Source: Ignavibacteriota bacterium (GTDB lineage Bacteria > Bacteroidota > Ignavibacteria > Palsa-1295). From it: 64,000 nt of DNA. Numbering within the stretch: position 1 is the stretch's first letter; each line of letters starts with the position of its first letter. The stretch lies in contig CAWBEI010000004.1 of assembly GCA_963787835.1 (NCBI GenBank), forward strand, positions 1 to 64,000, written 5' to 3'. Made by a program: the position numbers and the translations under genes. Below the pieces are notes generated by a model. That model had not been told where the DNA came from. It did not search any database and saw nothing but the letters and a program-made list of their open reading frames with translations. Of the stretch, positions 1 to 9,861 are shown in pieces.

Positions 1-164
1 GCTGATGGCCACGCGCGAAGCTTCGATCTGGCGGTCGGTAATCCAGGCCTGCTCCATCGCTTCAGTCCATAATCGCCAAAAGCCAGACTTCCTCCGCTCC
101 AGGCTTTGCCCTTGCGCCGCCCGCGCTGTTGTTTCCTGTACTTCACTTTCTTCGGCATCAACAT
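1..164 (-). CDS. rplP: 50S ribosomal protein L16, N-terminal part (runs off the window; one apparent frameshift)
   Basis: Reverse strand from 164 reads [35 protein letters not shown], then after a 1-nt slip [18 protein letters not shown]; follows rpsC as in the S10 operon. Confidence 0.9.
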   Translation of the reverse strand, partial: MLMPKKVKYRKQQRGRRKGKAWSGGSLAFGDYGLKRWSRPGLPTARSKLRAWPS

Positions 165-210
165 CGGTTTCTTCACCCTTCCCTAGTTCTAAAATCTTCG
201 TTCGCCGCAA

Positions 211-886
211 TTAACCGACGGCCACAGCCTGGGACTTGTCATTCGTACGCCGTACGCGCTCCGGAATATTCTCGCCCCTGATACACCCAGCACTTCACAC
301 CGATTACGCCGTAGGAGGTGTGCGCCTCGGCCGTGCCGTAATCGATATCCGCGCGGAGCGTTTGCAGCGGCAGGCGTCCCTGCAAGTACCATTCGGTGCG
401 CGCGATTTCAGCGCCGTTCAAGCGGTCCGCCAACCCGCACCTTGATTCCCTTGCAACCGAATCGCAGCGCCGAATCCACAGCCTTGCGCATGGCGCGCCG
501 GAAAGCGACGCGCTTTTCGAGTTGCAGCGCGATCGATTCTGCCACCAGTTGCGCGTCAAGCTCCGGGCGGTGAACTTCCTGGATGTCGATGTGCACTTCG
601 CGCTTGGTGCGCTTCTGGATTTCGCCCTTGAGCTTGTCGATTTCCGCGCCCTTGCGCCGATGATGATTCCCGGACGCGCGGTAAACAGGCGGATCACCAG
701 CTTGTTCGCGGCACGCTCGATATCGATGGAACTGATGCCCGCCGATTTCAGGCGGTCCTTCAACGTTTCCCGCAGCTTTACGTCCTCGTGCAGCAGGTCG
801 GCATAGTCGCGGTCCGCATACCAGCGCGATTTCCAAGGCTTGTTGTAGCCCAGCCGGAACCCGTATGGATGTGTCTTCTGTCCCAT
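211..886 (-). CDS. rpsC: 30S ribosomal protein S3 (several indel frameshifts, probably sequencing error)
   Basis: [13 protein letters not shown]...RPGIIIG, then in another frame [10 protein letters not shown]...[15 protein letters not shown], then [13 protein letters not shown]...[12 protein letters not shown]...[10 protein letters not shown]; reconstructed stop at 211. Confidence 0.93.
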
Positions 887-1003
887 TACTTCTTTCCCTT
901 CTTCCCTTGAGCTTGCTTACCGGTCAGAACCTTGCGAACGCGACGGGCAGTGCGACACGAACGCCCTTGGAAGCTTCCGCTTCGGCGAGATTGGCGGCAA
1001 CGT
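886..1003 (-). pseudogene. rplV: C-terminal tail of ribosomal protein L22, truncated at the junction
   Basis: Basic tail ...[20 protein letters not shown] whose stop overlaps the rpsC start (TAATG); position in S10 operon; conserved core absent. Confidence 0.6.
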
Positions 1004-1976
1004 TTTCTCGCGATTTATTCCAGAAGTGACCATTCACTCGGCGAAACAGGATGAGCGGGTCATTCGCAGTCATTACGATCGTGGTAACGATTTCTTCGGT
1101 GGATTTTTGGGCGAGCGTATGATCTATACCTCCGCCTTTTTTAAGACCGGATTGGAAGATCTCGAAACGGCACAGGACCAAAAACTCGATCTCGTGTGCC
1201 AGAAGCTTCAGCTTAAACCGGGCGAGAAACTGCTCGACATCGGCTGCGGATGGGGTACGCTTGCAGCGCACTCTGCAAAATATTACGGCACCGATTCGAC
1301 CGGTATCACTATCGCGCAAAAAGGCGCGGACTACGCGAACGACCAGATCAAGCGATGGGGCGTCGCCGATCATGCGCGCGTGTTGCGCATGGATTATCGT
1401 TCCATCCCTGCCGCGAAGTACGATAAGATATCCTGCCTTGAAATGGCCGAGCACGTCGGTGTGAAATACTTCCAGCGATTCATGAAGCAGATCGCCGGAT
1501 TGCTCAAGGACGATGGCCTCTTTTATCTTCAGATCGCCGGACTTCGAGCCGGCTATCACAAAGAATCACTCATCTGGGGCGGTTTCATGGCAGAATACAT
1601 CTTCCCGGGCGCAGATGCCAGTATGCCGCTTAGCTTTGTGGTTAAGCGATTGGAGGGTGCGGGGTTTGAAATTCACAGCGTCGAGAATGTGGGCATTCAT
1701 TACTCGCTGACGATCCAGAAATGGTACAATAACTGGCAGTCGAACAAAGAATATATTCTCAAAGCCTATAATGAGTGGTGGTTCCGGTGTTGGGAAGTAT
1801 TTCTCGCGTGGTCGGTCGATATTGCGAAACAGGGTAACTCCACCTGCTTCCAGATCGTCTGCAATAAGAACTTAGATACCTATAACCGTCCCCGTTTTTT
1901 TGGCGGAATAAATCTCGGCGAGCGCGATTTGATAGCCCAGCCCCGCGTCTCCATGCCGAGGGGAGCGTTGGTGTAA
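1004..1976 (+). CDS. SAM-dependent lipid methyltransferase (CFA-synthase family, sphingolipid C9-methyltransferase-like), 5'-truncated
   Basis: HYDRGNDFF, MIYTS, LLDIGCGWG SAM motif, CLEMAEHVG, YIFPG; homology appears to continue upstream of 1026 to the junction. Confidence 0.85.
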
Positions 1977-2123
1977 CGCTCCCCAATTTTCAGCGTGACA
2001 GTTGGTGCTTTCTCAACACCACGAGTCTCGATCGATCACAACCAAAAGTACCAGTTTTCACAGCAGAAGCACTCCCCCGATTCCATTCGAGGGAGTGCTT
2101 GGTGAGGACATCTATGGAGGATC

Positions 2124-2702
2124 TTACTTGAAATAGAGCATGAATCCGCCATAGGGGTACATGTAGAGGTCGCCGCTCGGCTGGAACGAAGTAACCGAAA
2201 GGTTAATGTAAAAGCAGATCGATGAGCTGAGCGCGGTTTCAATTCCCGCGCCTGCACCCAGACGCGTCGGACCGGCTAACGTATTTTGAATCGACTGTTT
2301 TACACCCGCGATCGGATCGACCGTCTGTACTTCCCCGCCTTGATAAAAATAGCTGGCGCCAATGAACGTGTAGAATCGGGTTTCAGCCTTCAGATAAATA
2401 TCGTACTGAAGTTCCGCGCCGTAATCGTACGTCCCTCCATTGCCGCCCGAATTATCTACATTGACGTATCCGGTCAGCATATAGGACCAATGGCTTTTTG
2501 CGAAATGCTCCTTGAACGAGATACCGATTCCGCTCATAAGGCTGAAATTGGTGCCAAGTCCATAGACATTTTGCTCCAGGGTGGTTTTATCTCCTTCGAC
2601 AGTACCGACGGTTCCGGTCTGCGCGGAACCGCGTTGCGAAAGCGTAGTAGCAAGTAATGCTACCGTGAAGATGATGGTAAGTGTTCTTAGTGTTGTTTTC
2701 AT
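2124..2702 (-). CDS. Putative outer-membrane beta-barrel protein
   Basis: Signal peptide (MKTTLR...SAQ), RBS GGAGG, alternating aromatic/Gly strands, C-terminal GGFMLYFK. Confidence 0.65.
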   Translation of the reverse strand: MKTTLRTLTIIFTVALLATTLSQRGSAQTGTVGTVEGDKTTLEQNVYGLGTNFSLMSGIGISFKEHFAKSHWSYMLTGYVNVDNSGGNGGTYDYGAELQYDIYLKAETRFYTFIGASYFYQGGEVQTVDPIAGVKQSIQNTLAGPTRLGAGAGIETALSSSICFYINLSVTSFQPSGDLYMYPYGGFMLYFK

Positions 2703-2978
2703 ATATCCTCCAAAGAATGTCAAAAAATAAATCAGTGAATTTCGTGATACAAAAATGGCGAATTGAAAGAATGGAGTTGTCACCGAATTGTGGGAGAATT
2801 GTCAAAAGATTGTCATGCTTCCGTGCGCGAAAACAGCAAGAAGTAATTCAGGGGCACAAACTCAACTGTGGGATTCTATCTTACAAACGTATAGGACCTG
2901 GATTGGACAGTCAGTTGGAATATGATGGTCTTGAAAACGCTGGCACCGATTTGCCGCGTCATGCGATCGTGTACTGGC

Positions 2979-3719
2979 TTATTTCAACACCGCCCCGATC
3001 GGGTTTTCATCGATGATGACCTGCGCGTATTTGGCGGAATAGGCGAGATAGATGCCGGAGTTCGCTTCGGCTTTCGGGTCGTCGGATTCCTTCAGGCGGG
3101 AAGATACTACACCGATTAGCCGCAAGTTCCCCTGGCTGTTGACACCGTACACCGGGCAGCCCGAAAATCCGGGGTTGCAGAATCCATCGAAATAATAGAG
3201 GACCGGATCTCCGTTCTGGGTGGAGAGATATCCGTGTTTGATGAGGGGATATGGATAGTTCCGGCTCGGATCGTCGAACATATATCCGAGCGGGAATCCA
3301 AGCGACCACACCTCGCTTCCGGCGTCGAGTGTATCCTTCGAGGAAATGATGGGCGTTTGGTCCAGTGCCTTACTGGTCGTTGGCTTTGAGAATGTAAATA
3401 CAGAGATGTCCAGTTCGCCTTTGCCGTGACCGACGAGGAAACAGGGGGACCGCACCCATCCGCCATTTACGAAGATCTCCACGGTATCGCGTCCGGTCAT
3501 GTATTTTGCGAAATGCTTTGCAGTCACAATGTACTGCCTGTTATTTCGATCGACGATGAAGCCCGACGCCTGATGTCCTTTCCCATCGCTAAGCATTAGC
3601 ACAGATCGGAAATCATCCTCTTTCGGACGGGGCGCTCGTCCGGTCGTATTAACCGTGACGCTGCAACCGGTCAGAAACAGGACTACAATGCTCAGAACGA
3701 TGGCAGAAACATGCTTCAT
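2979..3719 (-). CDS. Trypsin-like (S1) serine protease, lipoprotein
   Basis: Lipobox LTGC; IVTAKH (His), DISVF (Asp), NPGFSGCPV (Ser). Confidence 0.85.
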   Translation of the reverse strand: MKHVSAIVLSIVVLFLTGCSVTVNTTGRAPRPKEDDFRSVLMLSDGKGHQASGFIVDRNNRQYIVTAKHFAKYMTGRDTVEIFVNGGWVRSPCFLVGHGKGELDISVFTFSKPTTSKALDQTPIISSKDTLDAGSEVWSLGFPLGYMFDDPSRNYPYPLIKHGYLSTQNGDPVLYYFDGFCNPGFSGCPVYGVNSQGNLRLIGVVSSRLKESDDPKAEANSGIYLAYSAKYAQVIIDENPIGAVLK

Positions 3720-4083
3720 GAATATACAGAATTATTCGATCTTCCTGCAAAATGCAAAAACAATGTTCACGGTGTACGGATGTGGGTAATTAGAACGGAA
3801 GCAGAATGTAAGAAGTTTGGCTAGAGTAAGACCGAACCAGAATCAAAGACCATCTTGCTTGCATACATTCAATACTTCCTTTCTGCTTATTGGATGCATT
3901 ATCTAAGAAATAATACAAACATATTATATGGCTGGCGTAAGCTTATTTTACGGCACTACAATAAAATTTGACAGTTGCCATATGAAAATTTGCTAAAACA
4001 AATTATTCTGAAGGAATCTGAAGGAACGAAGCCCGTGGCATAATGTTCGCGGCACCCTCAATTAGCAAACTCCCAGCTATGGA

Positions 4084-4201
4084 TTAGTTTGCATGGTTGC
4101 TTTTAGTTTGCGCAACCAGTTTAGTTTGCACGGACGCTTTAGTTTGTACCGCTGAATTAGTTTATAGCACTGGCCTATTTTGTACGGGCTGGTATAGTTT
4201 G
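4084..4201 (+). repeat. Array of 7 TTAGTTTG-like direct repeats with 18-19 bp period
   Basis: Copies start at 4084, 4103, 4121, 4139, 4157, 4175, 4194 with variable 10-11 nt spacers; ends ~40 bp before the 4240 ORF. Confidence 0.85.
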
Positions 4202-4239
4202 CTGAATCTCATACATATTCGATTCCTAATCTAGTCCCT

Positions 4240-6405
4240 GTGGGAGAGATGGAAAAAATATTTGCTCGTAATCCGGTACCCTTCGGAAGACTGATTCGCT
4301 GTCTCGTTTTTTTTGCGAGCATGATCGCTCTGCCCTCCATGGCGCAAGTGCGCGGCATTGCGGCGGGGGCACTGGTACTTGATGATTATCATGGCCACAC
4401 CCTGATCCTGCAAACTCCCGAGCCCGGCGATCCCAGCTATAACACATGGATCACCGGCGGCCCGCTTTATCTCCGCTTACCGTTACCGCCGACGAGCGGA
4501 GCAGAGATGGGCTTTGTTTCCCCCGGCCCAGCAACGTCCACAAGTCCGGATGTTCTCATTTGGGATCCACCAACATCTGGTGGGGGCACGGGCGGTGTGC
4601 AAGGCGTGTGGCGTTCTCAGTCCCTGGCGACAGAGATCGGCACGATCGGAATCGTGGCGGGCACAGGAACTGCAGGAACGATCCCAGTTTGGAACGGAAC
4701 CGGAACATCCCTCGGGAATTCACCTATTTCGGTAAGTGGTGGGAGCACCCTCACGATTAGCGGCTATGGGCTTGGCCTGCTTCACTCCAGCGCTGGCGGC
4801 GTTATCACAAGTTCCCAAGTCGCGCTCGGCTCCGATGTCAGTGGAATGCTTCCCGTAGGGAATGGTGGAACTGGTGCGTCGTCGTTTACAGCCGGTGAGC
4901 TGATCGTTGGCAATGGTACCGGAGCGATGACCTCTGGTCCAGCATGGGATAACGTAGCAAACACCCTGACAGGCAATGTCTCCGGTACTTCATCGGGCTT
5001 TACGGGAAATCTTGCTGGGGATGTGTCGGGTTCGCAATCTGCGACAGTGATTGGCACGGGTGCTGTAAACTACTCCAAAATTCAGAACGAGACGAATAAC
5101 ACCATTCTCGGTAACGTCAGCGGAAGTTCGGCAGCTCCGCAGGAACTTACGCTTGGCTCGGGGCTCACCGTTTCCGGTACCACGCTCAATGTTTCCGGTG
5201 TACCGCTGACCGGCGCAGCGGGCGGCGATCTAACGGGTACCTATCCGAACCCAACGATCGGCGCGGGCAATGTGACCTATGCCAAAATTCAGAACGAGAC
5301 GAACAACACCATTCTCGGCAATGTCAGCGGTGCTTCGGCTGCTCCGGAAGAACTTACGCTCGGCTCGGGCCTCACCGTTTCCGGTACCACGCTCAGTGTT
5401 TCCGGCGTGCCGTTGACCGGTGCGGCGGGCGGCGATCTGACTGGTACGTATCCGAACCCGACTCTTGCGACCTCTGGCGTGACATCAGGGAGTTATGGAA
5501 GTTCCACGCAGGTAGCTACGATCTCGGTCGATGCGAAGGGCCGCGTTACGAGCGCTTCGAACACAACGATCTCCGGTGTAACCCCCGGCGGTGCCGCTGG
5601 CGGCGATCTTACCGGTACGTATCCGAATCCCACGATCGGCACAGGCAATGTGACGTATGCCAAGATTCAGAACGAGACGAACAACACCATTCTCGGCAAT
5701 GTCAGCGGTGCTTCGGCTGCTCCTGAAGAACTTACGCTTGGTGCGGGTCTCACCGTTTCCGGTACTACGGTCAGTGTTTCCGGTGTACCATTGACCGGCG
5801 CGGCGGGCGGCGATCTCGCCGGTACGTATCCGAACCCGACGGTTGCGAATACGCCTGATGCAGGTAACGATATTGTCGCTGCGGTGAACGCCGGAACCGG
5901 TGTAGTGAACGCAACCAATGGCGGCACGGGGCAGTCCGGTTACACCACCGGGGATATGTTGTATGCGTCCGGCTCTTCAAGTGTCTCTAAGCTTAATATC
6001 GGCGCTGCGACTCAAGTGCTTGCCGTTTCGGCAAGTGGGGTTCCCGCCTGGGCTAATAGCGGCGCGACCATCACGCAGGCCACGTGGACCCCGGTCTCCC
6101 TGACGGCGAATGCCAACAATTATACCATCAATTCTGACGCGAGCTACATTCGGCTGACCAATACCTCCGCAGGTAGTATTAATATCACGGGAATCAATTG
6201 CCCCGGAGCCGAGGATGGTCGCCAGATCACCCTCGTCAATGTGGGTACCCAACTGATCCAGGTCACGAGCTTGGATCCAAACTCCAGTTCCGGCGCTCAA
6301 TTCGATCTGCCGGGCGACGAGGCAATTATTCTCGGGCCGAAAGGTTCCGCTACCTTCATTTACGATCAAACGCTTTCCAAATGGGAACTGCTCGGAGACA
6401 ATTAA
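4240..6405 (+). CDS. Secreted Gly/Thr/Ser-rich fibre-like repeat protein A
   Basis: Signal peptide ending AQ; three ~69-aa repeats (Y[SA][13 protein letters not shown]...GGDL[TA]GTYPNPT); C-terminal GR-x4-N...[12 protein letters not shown]...W domain. Confidence 0.8.
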   Translation: MGEMEKIFARNPVPFGRLIRCLVFFASMIALPSMAQVRGIAAGALVLDDYHGHTLILQTPEPGDPSYNTWITGGPLYLRLPLPPTSGAEMGFVSPGPATSTSPDVLIWDPPTSGGGTGGVQGVWRSQSLATEIGTIGIVAGTGTAGTIPVWNGTGTSLGNSPISVSGGSTLTISGYGLGLLHSSAGGVITSSQVALGSDVSGMLPVGNGGTGASSFTAGELIVGNGTGAMTSGPAWDNVANTLTGNVSGTSSGFTGNLAGDVSGSQSATVIGTGAVNYSKIQNETNNTILGNVSGSSAAPQELTLGSGLTVSGTTLNVSGVPLTGAAGGDLTGTYPNPTIGAGNVTYAKIQNETNNTILGNVSGASAAPEELTLGSGLTVSGTTLSVSGVPLTGAAGGDLTGTYPNPTLATSGVTSGSYGSSTQVATISVDAKGRVTSASNTTISGVTPGGAAGGDLTGTYPNPTIGTGNVTYAKIQNETNNTILGNVSGASAAPEELTLGAGLTVSGTTVSVSGVPLTGAAGGDLAGTYPNPTVANTPDAGNDIVAAVNAGTGVVNATNGGTGQSGYTTGDMLYASGSSSVSKLNIGAATQVLAVSASGVPAWANSGATITQATWTPVSLTANANNYTINSDASYIRLTNTSAGSINITGINCPGAEDGRQITLVNVGTQLIQVTSLDPNSSSGAQFDLPGDEAIILGPKGSATFIYDQTLSKWELLGDN

Positions 6406-6467
6406 CCAACAAGTGTTCACTTAACGCATTCTTTTCATTTAGTTAACCATTAAAAACAAACACGATC

Positions 6468-8204
6468 ATGAAAACAAACAAAATCGCGATGTTGGCGTTC
6501 GTGATAACAGCGTCCTCTGCGATGCTATTATCTACGGCGGCTCGATCGCAAACCTACAAAGCCGACTTCGCTACGAAGACGGTACTCGCTAGCGGTGGAA
6601 CGGACATCACCAATACGATCACGCTTGCAGCACCTTCTGGGGTCACAGCACCATTCAAGCTGACCTGGCCAGGCGCTGAACCAACCGGTGCCGGATACAT
6701 ACTCACTGCCGGAACAGACGGTGGTATGAGCTGGGCCGACCCTGCCACCATGCTCAACGTCACCCTTGCCGGTGACGTAACGGGCGCTTCCAATGCCAAC
6801 ACCGTTGTCAAGATCAACGGCACTCCTCTTGGCACAACGACCGCAACCTCCGGGAATCTTCTTATTGGAGATGGTTCCAAGTGGAATACGGAAGCCATGA
6901 GCGGAGACGTGACGATTGATCATACCGGTGCTACCACGATTGGTGCTGGTAAAGTGACTAACGCTGACCTTGCGAACTCTACTATGGACTTCACGAGCAC
7001 TGGTGGTACCTTAACAGCATCAGGTACCGTTGCGCTGGGAGGCAGTCCGAATTACGATCTCAATTTGAGCCATTCGAATGTCTGGCTGGCCGGCCAGACG
7101 ATCCAGACACCAGCAAGTGGTCCTGGTTCCGGTACGCCGCTCCAATTGACCAATGCATCGACCACGTCCGGTGCCTTAGACGTTAATGGCAGCGGTGGAA
7201 CATGGTATGTCACCAACACCGGTGCGGGTACTTTCTCCAGCGTATCTGCAGGAAGCGGAGCGATCTCGACGACCGGCGCAGTTACCGGTGGAAGTGGATC
7301 GGCTCTCGACGCTACAGCAGGTGCCGGTGGTACCGTAACGATCGGTAACGGTAATGGTGTTACTACCCCGTATAGCACGACCACCCTTGATGGAAACGTG
7401 ACCTTCGGTGGCACTGTAACGTTGCCATCCGGTTCCGTGACGGCTTCCTCGCTTGCGTTAGCAGATAATACCGTCCTGATCGGCGGTAATGATGGCTTTG
7501 CGCACGCTCAAACATTGGGAACTGATATTTCCACGACAGATGCGGGTGCAGTAACAGTCAAATCGGCGACGGGTGCGACGGGATTCTCGGTTACGAACCT
7601 AACCCAGACCAACGGCGCACTTAACAATACCGGATCGCTCCACACAACGGGTGGTGACGTGAACATCAACACACTGGTTGGAAGCGGAAACGTCCACATC
7701 GGCGATACCACCAATGCTGGCATCATAAGTATTGGTAATTCCGCAAGCACGAACAACATCGCGGGTACAACCGGAATCACCGGTCCAACTACGGTAACTG
7801 GTGCGACCACAGTGACCGGTACGACGAATATCAATACAACGGGTACTGCCGCCACGACGATCGGTAACGCCAGCAGCACGAACGTGATTGCCGGTGGAAC
7901 GACGATCGGAGCAGTGACGCTCACCTCGCCTTCGGCTCTGAGTATTTCCTCTAACACACTCACAATTGATGGTGTCAATTCACTCTATTTCATCACTGGT
8001 ACGGGTGGAACGGTGAATACCATCGCAGGTGTGACGCCGGCGTCTGGACGTATCGTTAAATTCATCAATCAATCCTCGGGCGTAGTCACGCTGACGTACA
8101 ATCTTAGCAATAACTTTGCACTCAATGGATCGGACGTATTGCTCGGACCGAGTGGCGCCGTATCGCTCATCTATGATGGGACGAATTGGGACTTGGTAGA
8201 GTAA
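6468..8204 (+). CDS. Secreted Gly/Thr-rich fibre-like protein B
   Basis: Signal peptide ending SQ; N-motif ATKTVL...GTDITNTITLAAP; C-terminal GRIVKFIN...LGPSGAVSLIYDGTNW. Confidence 0.8.
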   Translation: MKTNKIAMLAFVITASSAMLLSTAARSQTYKADFATKTVLASGGTDITNTITLAAPSGVTAPFKLTWPGAEPTGAGYILTAGTDGGMSWADPATMLNVTLAGDVTGASNANTVVKINGTPLGTTTATSGNLLIGDGSKWNTEAMSGDVTIDHTGATTIGAGKVTNADLANSTMDFTSTGGTLTASGTVALGGSPNYDLNLSHSNVWLAGQTIQTPASGPGSGTPLQLTNASTTSGALDVNGSGGTWYVTNTGAGTFSSVSAGSGAISTTGAVTGGSGSALDATAGAGGTVTIGNGNGVTTPYSTTTLDGNVTFGGTVTLPSGSVTASSLALADNTVLIGGNDGFAHAQTLGTDISTTDAGAVTVKSATGATGFSVTNLTQTNGALNNTGSLHTTGGDVNINTLVGSGNVHIGDTTNAGIISIGNSASTNNIAGTTGITGPTTVTGATTVTGTTNINTTGTAATTIGNASSTNVIAGGTTIGAVTLTSPSALSISSNTLTIDGVNSLYFITGTGGTVNTIAGVTPASGRIVKFINQSSGVVTLTYNLSNNFALNGSDVLLGPSGAVSLIYDGTNWDLVE

Positions 8205-8238
8205 CCATATCCATATTCACCCATGTGATATGATAGAT

Positions 8239-8350
8239 GGCGACTAATGAATGGAATGTTGATGCACGTTGTGGCGCAGGCTCACCGCGGTCGGTGAGCG
8301 CGCCACGGCTGCATATCTCCAATCACATTCTATCACGGTCATTAGCCGCC
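8239..8350 (+). other. Long imperfect intergenic hairpin (~112 nt)
   Basis: Nested pairs ggcgactaatga/tcattagccgcc, ggaatgt/acattct, gtggcgc/gcgccac, gctcaccg/cggtgagc; no U-tract. Confidence 0.7.
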
Positions 8351-8431
8351 CCACGAATTAGAGCAGAACTATTATAGCCGAATCATATAGAAACGATCAT
8401 CAGGTCGAATCATAGCAACGAAGCAGCGATC

Positions 8432-9838
8432 ATGCGCAACACTCCACACAGACTGGCGTTGATGGCGTTCGTCCTTCTGGTGAGCATGGCTCTCCTTGGG
8501 GGAGTGGCTCTGCGTGCCGTTGCGCAAACGTTTGAAAAGACTCACGCCACGGAGGTTTCCATCGGTGGGAGTTACGGCACGGACATTGCTCATACGATCA
8601 CTATTGCGGCGCCGGACATCAGCGTGTTCGGAAGCGCTACGCTGATACTCCCTGGCAATAACGCGATCGCCGGCGCATTGACGAACGATGGCGCGGGCGG
8701 CCTGACGTGGGAACCTATCGGGGCAAGCAGCATCACGCCCGGCGGCGTTAACACATTTCTTGTAACCAACAACAGCGGCTCGGTCGGCTGGGATGGACTT
8801 TCGATCGACGCAACGCTGACCGGCAATGGGATCGGAACACCGCTTGGTATCAACCTTACGAATCCCAACATCTGGACGGGAGCACAGAATTTTTCCGCCG
8901 GCATGTCAAGCGCCGGTGGTACTACAAATATCGCTACGACGGACGCCAGTAGCGTAAACATCGGCATCGGAACCGGCACCAACAAAACGAACGGCATCAC
9001 CATCGGTAACGGCGATGGCGCCACGATGCCTTACAGCACGACCACGCTCAATGGCCTGGTCGATATTACCGGAACCACAAATCTGAACTCTACCGGCGAT
9101 CTGAATACCACGATCGGCAACACGGGCGGTGGCACCACGACGGTAGATGGTCCGGTAACCTTTAACGGCACGGTGACGCTGCCTTTTGGTACACTCACGG
9201 CTGGTGACCTTGCATTAGCAGATGCCAAAATGTTAGTGGGTAACGGCGCTTCGCCCAGCGTCGCGGCGCCGGTTTCGATGTCGCAGGATGCGACGATGAA
9301 CGATCTCGGTAAGGTAACCGTCACGGCAGCAAGTAGTGCGGCAGGATTTACCGTGACGCACCTGACGACGACGAATGGCGGCCTTAACAATGTCGGTGCG
9401 TTCAGTTCCATCGGCGGTGCTATTAACCTCAACACAGGCGGCGATACCCACGATATTAATATTGGTACCGGAGGCGGCGTCATAGTTCACATCGGGATGG
9501 GTGGGAACTTGGCTGTAAATTCGATCCAGGGAGCAACGACGATCGGCAGCACATCCATTTCCGAGGGTGTTGGTTCGATCGCAAGCGGCGCACTGACCGT
9601 AGATGACGCCCACTCGATGTTTATCATTGCGTCGGCTGGAACCGTGACATCCTTCTCCGGCGTGACAGCAACGACGGGACGCATCCTTGTGCTGGTCAAT
9701 GGCGATCCCTCGAACACGCTCTTGCTGACAAGTGGCACGGGACTTGCTCTCAATGGCGATGACGTTGCCATGGGCCCTGGCGGATCGGCAACCGTGATGT
9801 ATAACGGTACGACATGGATTCTATTGGCCGTGCAATAA
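8432..9838 (+). CDS. Secreted Gly/Thr-rich fibre-like protein C
   Basis: Signal peptide ending AQ; N-motif ATEVSI...GTDIAHTITIAAP; C-terminal GRILVLVN...MGPGGSATVMYNGTTW; paralogous to B. Confidence 0.8.
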   Translation: MRNTPHRLALMAFVLLVSMALLGGVALRAVAQTFEKTHATEVSIGGSYGTDIAHTITIAAPDISVFGSATLILPGNNAIAGALTNDGAGGLTWEPIGASSITPGGVNTFLVTNNSGSVGWDGLSIDATLTGNGIGTPLGINLTNPNIWTGAQNFSAGMSSAGGTTNIATTDASSVNIGIGTGTNKTNGITIGNGDGATMPYSTTTLNGLVDITGTTNLNSTGDLNTTIGNTGGGTTTVDGPVTFNGTVTLPFGTLTAGDLALADAKMLVGNGASPSVAAPVSMSQDATMNDLGKVTVTAASSAAGFTVTHLTTTNGGLNNVGAFSSIGGAINLNTGGDTHDINIGTGGGVIVHIGMGGNLAVNSIQGATTIGSTSISEGVGSIASGALTVDDAHSMFIIASAGTVTSFSGVTATTGRILVLVNGDPSNTLLLTSGTGLALNGDDVAMGPGGSATVMYNGTTWILLAVQ

Positions 9839-9861
9839 CCTATGATAAGAATTTATTCTGA

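Noticed and set aside
4084-4201. CRISPR array
   Set aside because: 8-bp repeats and 10-11-bp spacers are far too short, and there are no cas genes.
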